Source of the DNA: Candidatus Methylomirabilota bacterium | Lineage (GTDB): Bacteria; Methylomirabilota; Methylomirabilia; Rokubacteriales; CSP1-6 | Direction: 5' to 3' | Assembly: GCA_035259825.1 (NCBI GenBank) | Contig: DATFWA010000296.1 | Coordinates: forward strand, 1 to 55,228 | DNA length: 55,228 nucleotides | Shown here: positions 10,141-20,500 of the stretch, piece after piece | Position numbering within the stretch: position 1 is the first letter of the stretch | Layout of the letters: the number at the start of each line of letters is the position of its first letter | Notes under the pieces: model-generated | The model's input: only the letters and a program-made list of their open reading frames with translations | Told to the model about the DNA's origin: nothing | The model's database searches: none | Translations under genes and position numbers: made by a program

Positions 10141-10359
10141 ATGCCGATCTACGAGTACGGATGCCTCGCCTGTGGGGCCGAGTTCGAGAAGTTCGTCCAG
10201 GCGCCGACCGTGGTGGCCTGCCCGTCGTGTCAGAGCGATCGGGTTAGTCGTCGTCTGTCCGTCGTCGGGGTGAAGGTCGGTGCTCGCGCGTCCGGCTCGA
10301 CTCCCGCGCCCATGGGCGGTGGGGGCGGGTGCTGCGGAGGCGGATGCGGCTGTCACTGA
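10141..10359 (+). CDS. FmdB-family zinc-ribbon protein (CxxC_CxxC_SSSS) with Gly/Cys-rich tail
   Basis: MPIYEYGCLACGAEFE...CPSCQS and tail GGGGGCCGGGCGCH. Confidence 0.85.
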   Translation: MPIYEYGCLACGAEFEKFVQAPTVVACPSCQSDRVSRRLSVVGVKVGARASGSTPAPMGGGGGCCGGGCGCH

Positions 10360-10384
10360 TCGCTTGAGCGGCACGGCATGATCG

Positions 10385-10409
10385 GGGCCCTTCGGGGCCC
10401 TTTTTGTTT
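10385..10409 (+). terminator. intrinsic terminator ending the thrB-dcd-pup-fmdB unit
   Basis: GGGCCC-TTCG-GGGCCC (6-bp stem, UUCG tetraloop) followed by TTTTTGTTT. Confidence 0.7.
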
Positions 10410-10430
10410 CCCCCGCGCGAGCCCGCCGGC

Positions 10431-10459
10431 TGGACAGCGCACTGCCGGGCTTCTATACT
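10431..10459 (+). promoter_or_regulatory. sigma70-like promoter, TGGACA-N17-TATACT, placing the transcription start at or next to the lysR GTG (leaderless)
   Basis: -35 at 10431-10436 and -10 at 10454-10459. Only 7 nt separate the -10 from GTG 10467, and there is no Shine-Dalgarno. Confidence 0.4.
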
Positions 10460-10466
10460 CAGCGGC

Positions 10467-11360
10467 GTGGATCTGCGCCAGCTCGAGATCTTCGTCAAGG
10501 TCGCAGAGCTGGGCTCGTTTTCCCGCGCCGCCGAAGCGCTGTTCCTGACCCAGCCGACCGTCTCGGAGCACATCCGCACCCTCGAGGATGAGCTGGGGAT
10601 CCGCCTGCTCGACCGCCTCGGCCGCGGAGCCGCGGTGACCCGGGGTGGAGCCTTGCTGCTCTCCTACGCGCAACGCATGCTCGCGCTGTCGCGCGAGGCG
10701 CGACAGGCGATGGAGAGCTTCCAGGGCCGGATGAGCGGCGATCTGCTGGTCGGCGCGAGCACGATTCCAGGCGAGTACATCCTCCCGGCGCTCATCGGCC
10801 GCTTCAAGGAGAAGTTCCCCGACATCGCAATCACCTTGCTGATCGGCGGCAGTCAGGCGGTGACCGAGTGGGTCGCCGAGGGGCGCGCGGAGCTCGGGGT
10901 GGTGGGCGCGCGCTCGGCGCATCGGAGCATCGAGTACCGCGAGCTCTTCCCCGACGACATCGTGGTGATCGTCAGCGCGGCGCATCCGTGGCACGGACGC
11001 AAGCAAGTGACGGTCGAGGAGCTGCGGGCCGAACCCCTCCTGCTCCGCGAGCGCGGCTCCGGCACGCGCGCGGCCCTAGAGAGCGCCCTCGACACGGCCG
11101 GCGTGGATCTCGCGGGCCTCCGGGTGGTGGGCGAGATGGGGTCGACGCAGGCGATCAAGCAGGCGGTCAAGGCCTCGGTCGGGGTGTCGCTGCTGTCGCG
11201 GCGGGCCGTCGAGGAGGAGTGCCGGGTCGGGACCCTGTGGTGCCTACGGGTGAAGAACCTGAAGATCAACCGCGCTTTCTACCTGGTCACCAATCGGGAG
11301 CGCAGCCGCTCGCCGCTGGCCGAGGCATTCCGCGCCTTCGTCGAGGCCGAGGCGGTCTGA
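10467..11360 (+). CDS. LysR-family transcriptional regulator (possibly the selenium-metabolism-associated subgroup)
   Basis: VDLRQLEIFVKVAELGSFSRAAEALFLTQPTVSEHIRTLEDELG HTH. Sits immediately upstream of selD with a 37-nt gap. Confidence 0.9.
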   Translation: MDLRQLEIFVKVAELGSFSRAAEALFLTQPTVSEHIRTLEDELGIRLLDRLGRGAAVTRGGALLLSYAQRMLALSREARQAMESFQGRMSGDLLVGASTIPGEYILPALIGRFKEKFPDIAITLLIGGSQAVTEWVAEGRAELGVVGARSAHRSIEYRELFPDDIVVIVSAAHPWHGRKQVTVEELRAEPLLLRERGSGTRAALESALDTAGVDLAGLRVVGEMGSTQAIKQAVKASVGVSLLSRRAVEEECRVGTLWCLRVKNLKINRAFYLVTNRERSRSPLAEAFRAFVEAEAV

Positions 11361-11397
11361 CGTCCCACCCGCAGTCGACGTCCCTTCCGGAACCGCG

Positions 11398-12474
<1,077 letters not shown>

Positions 12475-12498
12475 GATCGATCGCGTCGGAGCGAAGGA

Positions 12499-12762
12499 CT
12501 AGCCGGCGGCGTCGGAGCGCTTCAGGAAGGCGATCAGCTTCTGGCGTAGCTCGGGCGGGAGCGTGGTCTCCGGATGCTCGCGGAGACGGCGGGCGGCGTC
12601 CACCGTGCCTCGGTACGTGTTGACGAAGGCTACGCAGGGCGGGCAGCCGTCGAGATGCCACTCGAGGAGCTCGGTCTGGTCCGGCGGTAGCGACCCGTCG
12701 ATGTAGTCGGCGAGGAGCTCCACGCATTCCGGACACCCGATCTCTCGCGCCGACCCGCCCAT
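12499..12762 (-). CDS. ZAS-type zinc-finger protein (zf-HC2, RsrA-like anti-sigma factor fold), soluble, 87 aa
   Basis: MGGSAREIGCPECVELLADYIDGSL...EWHLDGCPPCVAFV, i.e. CxxC plus the HxxxCxxC motif. GAGGGGGG Shine-Dalgarno. The rest of the 485-aa track ORF is a shadow of the opposite-strand glycosyltransferase. Confidence 0.7.
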   Translation of the reverse strand: MGGSAREIGCPECVELLADYIDGSLPPDQTELLEWHLDGCPPCVAFVNTYRGTVDAARRLREHPETTLPPELRQKLIAFLKRSDAAG

Positions 12763-12906
12763 CCCGATCCCCCCTCGCCCATGAGGCAACGTGTGGTGTA
12801 GCCAAACCTTAACATACGAATGGCCGGCGGCAAGTCCGTCTTTAGCGCTCGCACCGTGCACGCGGATTGCCTTGACGCGCGGGCTCAGTGTAGGCTCGAC
12901 GCACAC

Positions 12907-13950
12907 ATGCCCGCGCGAGTGGCCGTCGTCAGCCCGTTTGCGTCTCCATCGGTTCGCGGAAATGCCATCACGGTCGAGCGGGTCACGCGCGGTCTCCGAC
13001 AGCGGGACGCGGAGGTGCGCGTCTGGGATCTCTCGACGGTGCCCGAGGGCGCGGTCGAACATCAGATCACTCAGTACGGACCGGCGCTGATCCACGCCTT
13101 TCACGCGTTCCGCGCCGGCCCCGCCGCCCTGCGTGTGGCCCGGCGAGGGTCGGTCCCGCTCCTGGTGACGGTGACCGGCACCGACGTGAACCACGATCTC
13201 ACCGAGCCCGATACTGAGCCGGTCGTGCGGCGCGTGCTCGAGGGCGCGAACGCGGTGAGCGTGTTCGACGAGTCGATGGCCACCGCGATCCTGGCCGCAA
13301 TGCCCGAGATCGCGGCACGGATCGTTGTGGTGCCGCAGAGCGTGTCCTTCGAGCCGGCTACCGGGCACTGGCCGGTCGCCGCCGCGTTGCAGCGCGCTCC
13401 CGGTCCGATCGTCCTCTTTCCCGCCGGACTCCGGAAGGTGAAGCAGCCCTCCCTGCCGCTCGAGCCCCTCGATCGGATCCGGCCGGAGCACCCCGGCCTC
13501 GAGCTGTTGTACGTCGGGCCCCTGCTGGACCCGACGGATGGCGAGGCGTTCGTGCGCTCGCTGGCCGCGCATCCGTGGGCGCGCCATCTGGGCGCGGTTC
13601 CGCACAACCGGATGCCCGCCCTGCTGGAGCTGGCCGACGTGGTGCTCAACTGCTCGCTCTCGGAAGGCGGGATGCCCAATTCCGTGCTCGAGGCGCTGTC
13701 TTTCGGTCGGGCGGTCCTCGCAAGCAATATCCCTGGCAACCGATCGCTCGTGGAGGACGGGGTCACCGGCTTTCTCTTCGACTCGCCGGACGAGCTGTCC
13801 GCCAAGGCGGACCGCCTGCTCAAGGATCCGGACCTCCGAGCCCGGCTCGGCGAGGCTGGACGCGAGCGCGTGAGCGCCCGCTATGGCGCCGACCGCGAGA
13901 TCGACGGCTACCTCGCCGCGTACACGCGCCTGACGCCCGCCTTTCGCTGA
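12907..13950 (+). CDS. GT-B fold glycosyltransferase (GT4/group 1-like); SenB-like selenosugar synthase is a hypothesis only
   Basis: MPARVAVVSPFASPSVRGNAITVERVTRGLRQRDAEV... and C-terminal SEGGMPNSVLEALSFGRAVLASNIPGNRSLVEDGVTGFLF (E-x7-E type motif). Confidence 0.85.
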   Translation: MPARVAVVSPFASPSVRGNAITVERVTRGLRQRDAEVRVWDLSTVPEGAVEHQITQYGPALIHAFHAFRAGPAALRVARRGSVPLLVTVTGTDVNHDLTEPDTEPVVRRVLEGANAVSVFDESMATAILAAMPEIAARIVVVPQSVSFEPATGHWPVAAALQRAPGPIVLFPAGLRKVKQPSLPLEPLDRIRPEHPGLELLYVGPLLDPTDGEAFVRSLAAHPWARHLGAVPHNRMPALLELADVVLNCSLSEGGMPNSVLEALSFGRAVLASNIPGNRSLVEDGVTGFLFDSPDELSAKADRLLKDPDLRARLGEAGRERVSARYGADREIDGYLAAYTRLTPAFR

Positions 13951-14095
13951 GACCACGCGCGGCGCGCGGGCACGGTCCTTGCTCCGCCACTCGTCGAAGG
14001 CCCATTCCCTTGCGCGTCCTTGCTGTCGTTACACGCAGTTCGAATGAAGGTTTCGGCAGCGCGCGCGCCCGACGAGCGGATCGACGGGCAACTAG

Positions 14096-14124
14096 TTGAC
14101 GGGGGTAGACGGCCCCCCTATGAT
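14096..14124 (+). promoter_or_regulatory. sigma70-like promoter TTGACG-N17-TATGAT upstream of the moxR operon
   Basis: -35 at 14096-14101 and -10 at 14119-14124. AAAGGAG Shine-Dalgarno and ATG 14157 follow. Confidence 0.45.
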
Positions 14125-14156
14125 GAGTCAATTCCAAGGCGGGAAAGGAGCCGTTC

Positions 14157-15194
14157 ATGGCGCAGCCTCCCGTGTCGAACCAGCCTCAGGAGCAGCGGGT
14201 CACGGAGTTCGTCAGCTCCTACCAGGCGCTGCGGGCCGAAGTCGGAAAGATCATCGTCGGCCACGCTGACGTCGTCAGCCAGGTCCTGGTCGGACTCTTC
14301 GCGGGCGGCCACGTACTGCTCGAAGGCGTCCCCGGACTCGGCAAGACCCTGCTCATCAAGACGCTCGCCGAGAGCCTCGAGCTGACCTTCTCCAGGATCC
14401 AGTTCACCCCCGACCTGATGCCGGGCGACATCATCGGCACCAATATCATCGTGGAGGACGCCCAGGCCCGGAAGCACTTCCAGTTCCAGCGCGGTCCCAT
14501 CTTCGGCCACATCCTCCTCGCCGACGAGGTGAACCGCGCCACCCCGAAGACCCAGTCGGCCCTGCTCGAGGGCATGCAGGAAGGCGCGGTCACCGTGTCG
14601 GGTGCGGCCCATCCACTGCCGTCGCCGTTCTTCGTGCTCGCGACCCAGAACCCGATCGAGATGGAGGGCACGTATCCGCTGCCCGAGGCTCAGCTCGACC
14701 GGTTCCTGTTCAAGCTGCGCGTCCGGTATCCCGCGCTGGAGGAGCTGACCGAGATCATCGATCGCACGACGCACGTGCGGCAGGTCGAGGTGCGTCGGGT
14801 CCTGACCGGTGCGCAGGTGCTCGGAATGCGTGAGCTGGTGCGGGAGATCCCGATCGCCAGCCACGTGCGCGATCTCGCGTCGTTCATCGTCCTCGGCACG
14901 CATCCGCAGTGGGAGCGGGCGCCGGAGGCTACGCGGCGCTTCATCCGCTACGGGGCGAGCCCGCGCGGCGCTCAGGCCCTGGTGCTGGGGGCGAAGGTGC
15001 GCGCGATCTCGGATGGCCGCTTCAACGTCAGCGTGGAGGACCTCCGGGCCACCGCTCTGCCCGCCCTGCGTCACCGGCTCATCCTGAACTTCGAGGGCGA
15101 GGCGGAGGGGATCGACGTGGATGAGCTGATCGGTCAGATCGTCGAGAACGCGGAGAGCATGAGCGGATCCGGGAAAGAGGTCTTTCTCAGGTAG
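14157..15194 (+). CDS. MoxR-family AAA+ ATPase
   Basis: GHVLLEGVPGLGKTLL Walker A, ILLADEVNRATPKTQSALLEGMQE, and FFVLATQNPIEMEGTYPLPEAQLDRF. Confidence 0.93.
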   Translation: MAQPPVSNQPQEQRVTEFVSSYQALRAEVGKIIVGHADVVSQVLVGLFAGGHVLLEGVPGLGKTLLIKTLAESLELTFSRIQFTPDLMPGDIIGTNIIVEDAQARKHFQFQRGPIFGHILLADEVNRATPKTQSALLEGMQEGAVTVSGAAHPLPSPFFVLATQNPIEMEGTYPLPEAQLDRFLFKLRVRYPALEELTEIIDRTTHVRQVEVRRVLTGAQVLGMRELVREIPIASHVRDLASFIVLGTHPQWERAPEATRRFIRYGASPRGAQALVLGAKVRAISDGRFNVSVEDLRATALPALRHRLILNFEGEAEGIDVDELIGQIVENAESMSGSGKEVFLR

Positions 15195-15209
15195 CGAGAG
15201 GAGTCATTC

Positions 15210-16700
15210 ATGCCCGGTCCCACGGTGATCGAGCGGCTGGTCGCGGACGTTGGCCGGCAGATCCGGCTACGGCGAGCCGAGTTCTACGGCCTGCGCGGGC
15301 TGTTCTGGGGTGCGGTGGCGGCGGTGGTGCCGCTCGTGGTGAAGGAGTCCTTCGGGCTCTGGAGCTATCTCGCGGCCGCCATCCTTCTCATCGGTGGAGC
15401 GACCGCGGGTGCGCTGCGCGGCTTCTTCATGCGCCTGCCGCAGTCCGAGGCAGCCCGGCTGGCCGATCGCGGGTACGGCCTGGCGGATCGGGTCAGCACC
15501 GCACTCGAGTGGTCGAGCCGTCCCGACCGCACGCCGATCGTCGACGCGCTCGTGGCCGACGCCTCGGCCCGCGTCGAGCAGCTCGGTGCCCGGCGCATCA
15601 TCGCCCGCCGCATGCCGCGCGAGGCCAAGCTCGTCCCGGTGCCCTTGGTGATCGGTCTGGCGCTCGCGGCGGCGCCACCGATCCCGTTGCCGGAGGGGCG
15701 CCTCCCCAGCTTCTCGGTCTCCCGCGAAGACGACGAGGAGAAGGCGCCGCCCGACCGCAGCGGAGAGATGCAGGAAGCGGATCGCAAGCAGCCGACGCGG
15801 CGCGATCCGGTGCAGCGCGCCGACGTGCAGGAGCGCAATCTCGCCCCGCGGCTCGGCGGTGGCGGCCAGAGCCAGCCGGGTGATCTCGCGGCGGTCTTCA
15901 AGGACACCTCGCTCGGTGGCCGCGCCCCCGATTTCAACTCCTTCCTGAAGAAGGGCGACGACCGGCTGCGCATGCTCGAGCAACTGGACCGCATCCCGGA
16001 CCTCCAGAGCGACTTCACTCAGAACCAGACCCGCATGGTCTTCCAGAAGGCCAAGGCCCTGCGGGGCGGGCTCGACCCCAATAAGAAGGTATCGCCCGAG
16101 AAGCTACGCGAGCTGCTGAGCGAGATGGAGCGACTCGGCCGGAAGAACGGCGGGCAGGGTCAGCCGGGGAACTGGTCGGGCGACGTCTACGAGGGCATGG
16201 AGGCGCTCGAGGGCGGTCAGAGCGACAAGGCCATGGAGGCGATGGAGCGAGCGCTGAACAAGATGCGCTCGATGGAGGAGCGCGGCCGCGACGGCAAGTC
16301 CCTCAAGGGCGGGCGCGAAAGCGACCGGCGCGGGGGCCGGCGCGGCGACAAGGGCTCGGGTCAGCAGGCTGGCGGGCCGGGCGACGAGGGCGATTTCCCC
16401 GAAGGTGAGGGCCTGCTCCCGGGGCGCGGCAAGAGCGGCTCGCCGAAAGGTGATCCCACCTCGAGGCTCCACGGCAATCCGTTCGACGTCGGCGTGGAAG
16501 GCGAGTCGCGCCCGGGACGCAAGCAGGGCATCGATACCAACATGCTCGGGCGCGGCGCCCAGATGCCGTCGCGCATGCAGTACATGGGCGTGCTCGGGCA
16601 GTACCGGAAGATGATGGAGGAATCCATCGCGCGCGAGCAGGTGCCGCGCGACTTCCAGGGGCAGGTCAAGGAGTACTTCCAGTCACTGGAAGAGAAATAG
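15210..16700 (+). CDS. uncharacterized membrane-anchored, highly charged low-complexity protein
   Basis: TM segments at LFWGAVAAVVPLVV, LAAAILLIGGATAGAL and LVPVPLVIGLALAAAPP. These are followed by about 330 aa of Arg/Glu/Gly/Lys-rich sequence and a C-terminal VPRDFQGQVKEYFQSLEEK. Its position between moxR and the DUF58 gene suggests translational coupling. Confidence 0.7.
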   Translation: MPGPTVIERLVADVGRQIRLRRAEFYGLRGLFWGAVAAVVPLVVKESFGLWSYLAAAILLIGGATAGALRGFFMRLPQSEAARLADRGYGLADRVSTALEWSSRPDRTPIVDALVADASARVEQLGARRIIARRMPREAKLVPVPLVIGLALAAAPPIPLPEGRLPSFSVSREDDEEKAPPDRSGEMQEADRKQPTRRDPVQRADVQERNLAPRLGGGGQSQPGDLAAVFKDTSLGGRAPDFNSFLKKGDDRLRMLEQLDRIPDLQSDFTQNQTRMVFQKAKALRGGLDPNKKVSPEKLRELLSEMERLGRKNGGQGQPGNWSGDVYEGMEALEGGQSDKAMEAMERALNKMRSMEERGRDGKSLKGGRESDRRGGRRGDKGSGQQAGGPGDEGDFPEGEGLLPGRGKSGSPKGDPTSRLHGNPFDVGVEGESRPGRKQGIDTNMLGRGAQMPSRMQYMGVLGQYRKMMEESIAREQVPRDFQGQVKEYFQSLEEK

Positions 16701-16704
16701 CGCC

Positions 16705-17598
16705 GTGACCACGGTCCGCACCGGGCAGGAGCTGCTGTCCGCGGATTTCCTCGTCCAGCTCGAGCGCCTGAGCCTGCTCTCACGCCGCTCCTTCCGCGGC
16801 CGGGTGAAGGGTGAGCGGCGCAGCCCGCGGAAGGGCATCAGCGTCGAGTTCTCCGACTACCGTCAGTACGGCGTCGGCGACGACCTGCGCTACGTGGACT
16901 GGAACGTCTACGCCCGCCTCGATCGGCTGTACCTCAAGCTGTTCGTCGACGAGGAGGATCTCTGCCTCCACCTCCTGCTCGACGCGTCCGCTTCGATGGG
17001 CTTTGGGGAGCCGTCCAAGCTCGAGCACGCGGCCAAGCTGGCCGCGGGGCTGGGCTTCGTGGGCCTGGTGGGCCTCGAGCGCGTCGGAGTCGGCGTGGTG
17101 CGGGAGCGCATGGCCGAGGGCTTCAGCCCCGCCCGGGGCCGGAGCCAGGTGCTGCCCCTCATGGACTTCGTCGGACGGCTGCGGGCGGGCGGGGCCACCT
17201 CGCTCAACGACGGGCTCGCCGCCTATGCGCTCCGGTCGCGTGAAGCGGGACTCGCGGTGCTGATCTCGGACCTGATGGACCCGACCGGATACGAGCGCGG
17301 ACTCAAAGCCCTGCTGGAGCGGCGCTTCGATGTGCACGTCGTCCACGTTCTCGCGCCCGAAGAGATGAACCCGGGCTTCGGCGGTGACCTGCGGCTGCTC
17401 GACGCCGAGACCGACGAGCTGCGGGACCTGACGCTCGACGGCGAGGCGCTGCGCGCCTACCAGGCGCGGCTGCGCGACTTCCTCGATCGGGCCGAGCAGT
17501 TCTGCCGCGGCAACGAGATCACCTACCACCGGGTGGTGACCGACACGCCGGTGGAGGAGTTCATGCTCCGCCAGCTGAAGGGGCTCCTCCTCGCATGA
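16705..17598 (+). CDS. DUF58 domain protein (VWA-like, MoxR partner)
   Basis: EFSDYRQYGVGDDLRYVDWNVYARLDRLYLKLF and LLLDASASMGFG. Confidence 0.88.
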   Translation: MTTVRTGQELLSADFLVQLERLSLLSRRSFRGRVKGERRSPRKGISVEFSDYRQYGVGDDLRYVDWNVYARLDRLYLKLFVDEEDLCLHLLLDASASMGFGEPSKLEHAAKLAAGLGFVGLVGLERVGVGVVRERMAEGFSPARGRSQVLPLMDFVGRLRAGGATSLNDGLAAYALRSREAGLAVLISDLMDPTGYERGLKALLERRFDVHVVHVLAPEEMNPGFGGDLRLLDAETDELRDLTLDGEALRAYQARLRDFLDRAEQFCRGNEITYHRVVTDTPVEEFMLRQLKGLLLA

Positions 17599-20500
17599 AC
17601 TTCCTGAGTCCACTCGCCCTCTTGATGGCCACGCTGGCGGTGCCGCTGCTCCTCCTCTATTTCCTGAAGGTGCGGCGCCGGCAGATGCGGGTCTCGAGCC
17701 TGCTGCTGTGGGATCCCTCGCTCCGCGACCGAGAAGCCTCGACGTTCTTCCAGCGCCTGCAGCGCGACCCGCTCCTCATCCTGCAAATCCTCGCCCTGCT
17801 GGCCCTCACGGTGGCGCTGGCCCGGCCCGCGGTGAACGTGATGGGACAGGGGGCGAAGCGGGTCGCGATCGTGATCGACAGCTCCGCTTCCATGAAGGCG
17901 ACCGATGTGCCAGGGTCGCGCTTCATCCAGGCGCAGCGGGCCGCGCTGGGCTTGCTGGGGCAGCTCGGTGAGGGCGCCGAAGTCATGGTGATCGACGCGG
18001 GCGTGCAGCCCAAGGTGCTGGTGCCGTTCACGCGCGAGCACGATCGCGTGGCCTCGGCCATCCGCTCGATGGAGGCCCACGATCTGCCCAACCGCCTCGC
18101 CGAAGGGCTGCGCACCGCCCGGGCCCTGGTGGGGCCCGATCCGCGGGCCGAGATCCACGTGTTCACCGATGGCGCGCATCCCGACGCCGCGCGCGCCCAG
18201 GGCAACGACGTACGGGTGCGCTGGACCGGCACCGGCCGCCGTTCCCACAACGTGGGCATCACGAGCCTCGCGGTCCGGCGGAACTACTTCGGCGCCTACA
18301 ACTCGCAGGCCTTCTTCTCGGTCGGCAACTTCTCGAGCGAGCAGCAGAGCTTGTCACTGCGCCTCACCCTGGACGACGAGGTCCTGAGCGAGCGCACGCT
18401 CACGCTGGGGCCTCAGGTGCGGCGGGCCATCGTGGTGCCGTTCAGCGAGCAGCGCGGCGGCGTGCTGAAGCTGCGTCTCGACGTCTCCGACGATCTCGAC
18501 GCGGACAACGTCGCCTACGCGGTGATCCCGCCGCCCCGCACCATCGCGGTCCTGCTCGTGAGCCCGGGGAACCTGTTCCTGGAGAAGGTGCTGCAGACCG
18601 ATCCGCAGGTGAAGCTCGAAGTACGCAAGCCGGACGCCTACCAGGGCGGGATGGAAGGCTTCGACGTCGTCGTGGTAGACAGCGTGAGCCCACAGAAGCT
18701 CGGCAACGGCCGCTTCGTGCTCGTGAACACGGTGCCCACGGACGTGCCGATCGAGGTGCTCGGCCGGCTCGATTCGCCCACCATCATGGACTGGGACCGC
18801 ACGCATCCGATCATGCGGCAGGTCGACCTGGCGAAGGTGACGATGGAGGACGCCATGCGCGTCCGGCCCCTCGCCGCGGGCAAGACCCTGGTGGAGGCGG
18901 TCGGCGGCCCCCTGATCTACGCTCTCGAGGAGCGCGACCGCAAGGCGCTCTTCTTCGGGTTCGATCTGTTCCGCAGCGATTTCCCGCTGCGGGTGGCCTT
19001 CCCGCTCATGCTCTCCAAGGGCCTGCGATGGCTGCACCCGGCCGGGCTCGATCAGAGCAGCCTGCAGCTGCAGGCTGGTCAGCCGATCCTGCTCCCGGTG
19101 GAACACGGCGTGACCACCGCCACCGTGCGGACGCCGTCGGGTCGAAGCGTCCGCGCCCAGGTCAATCGGGGCATGGCCAGCTTCACGGAGACCGACGAGG
19201 TCGGCGTCTACGCGGTCGTCACCGCCCGCGGCGAGACCCGCGTCGCCGTGAACCTCATGAACGCCGACGAGTCGGACCTCACGCCGCAGCCGCTGCCCAC
19301 CTACGTCGAGGGCGCACGGCCCGAGTCGCCGCCGGTCCTGATCCAGCGCGAGCTATGGCCGTTGTTCGTCGCGTTGGCCCTTCTGCTGTTCGCGCTGGAG
19401 GGGTTCCTCTACTGGCGGCGGCAGACCGGAGGCCGGCTCGGGCTGCCGCGCGGCCTGGGCGATCGCTGGGCGCTCGGACTCCGGTGCCTGCTGCTCGCGG
19501 TGCTGCTGCTGTCGCTCGCGCGGCCGACGGTGCCGCGCTGGGCCGACCGGCTCAACGTCACGTTCCTCCTGGACGCCTCGGACAGCGTGAGCCTCGCCGC
19601 ACGCGAGAGCGCGTATCGGTTCGCGTCCCAGGCGGTCGGCGCTATGCAACCGGGCGACCAAGCCGGGCTCGTGGTCTTCGGTGAGGAAGCGGTGGTGGAC
19701 CAGCCCTTGCGGCCGATCACGAAGATTGAGCGCCCGCAGGCGCAGGTGCCCGGGCGCGGGACCAATCTCGCCCAGGCGCTCCAACTGGGGCTGGCCACCG
19801 CGCCGGCCGGTCAGGCCAATCGCTTCGTGCTGCTCACCGACGGACGCCAGAACCAGGGCAATGCCCTCGCGGTGGCGCAGGCTGCCAAGGACGCGGGCGC
19901 CGACATCTATTACGTGCCAGCCCCGCTGACCTTCACGCAGGAAGTGGTCGTCGAGTCCATGGTGCTGCCCCAGGAGGTGAAGTTCGGCGAGCCGTTCCAG
20001 GCCAAGGTGGTGGCCTGGAGCCAGGCCGAGGCCCAGGGCCGGCTCTCGCTCTACCGCAACGGCGAGTTCCTCGGGTCACAGGTCGTCCGGCTGTCGCCGG
20101 GCAAGAACGTGTACACGTATCGCCAGTCGCTCGAGCAGAGCGGCATCCACGTGTACCAGGCCGCCCTCGACGTCGACGGCGACACGATCGAAGAGAACAA
20201 CCGCGCGATCGGCACCCTGGTCGTGCGCGGACGCCCGCAGGTGCTGCTCGCCGAGAAGGACCGTACGCAGGCTCAGGCCCTCTCGGCGGCGCTGCGCTCG
20301 CAGCACGTCGACGTCACGGTGGTCGAGGCCGACAAGATCCCGAAAGATATGGCCGGGCTGCAGAAATACGACGGGGTCATCCTGTCCAACGTCTCGTCGC
20401 TCAAGATGACGAAGAAGCAGATGGAGAACATCCGCGACTACGTCCGCGAGCAGGGGGGTGGGCTCATCATGCTGGGCGGGGAGGAGAGCTTCGGCCTCGG

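Noticed and set aside
12763-12906. Divergent promoter candidates (TTGACG ... TAGGCT) and ECF-type -35/-10 motifs between the ZAS gene and the glycosyltransferase.
   Set aside because: The spacing between the hexamers is 13 nt, which is too short, and no GGAAC...CGTT-type ECF pattern aligns. There is not enough support to call a promoter.
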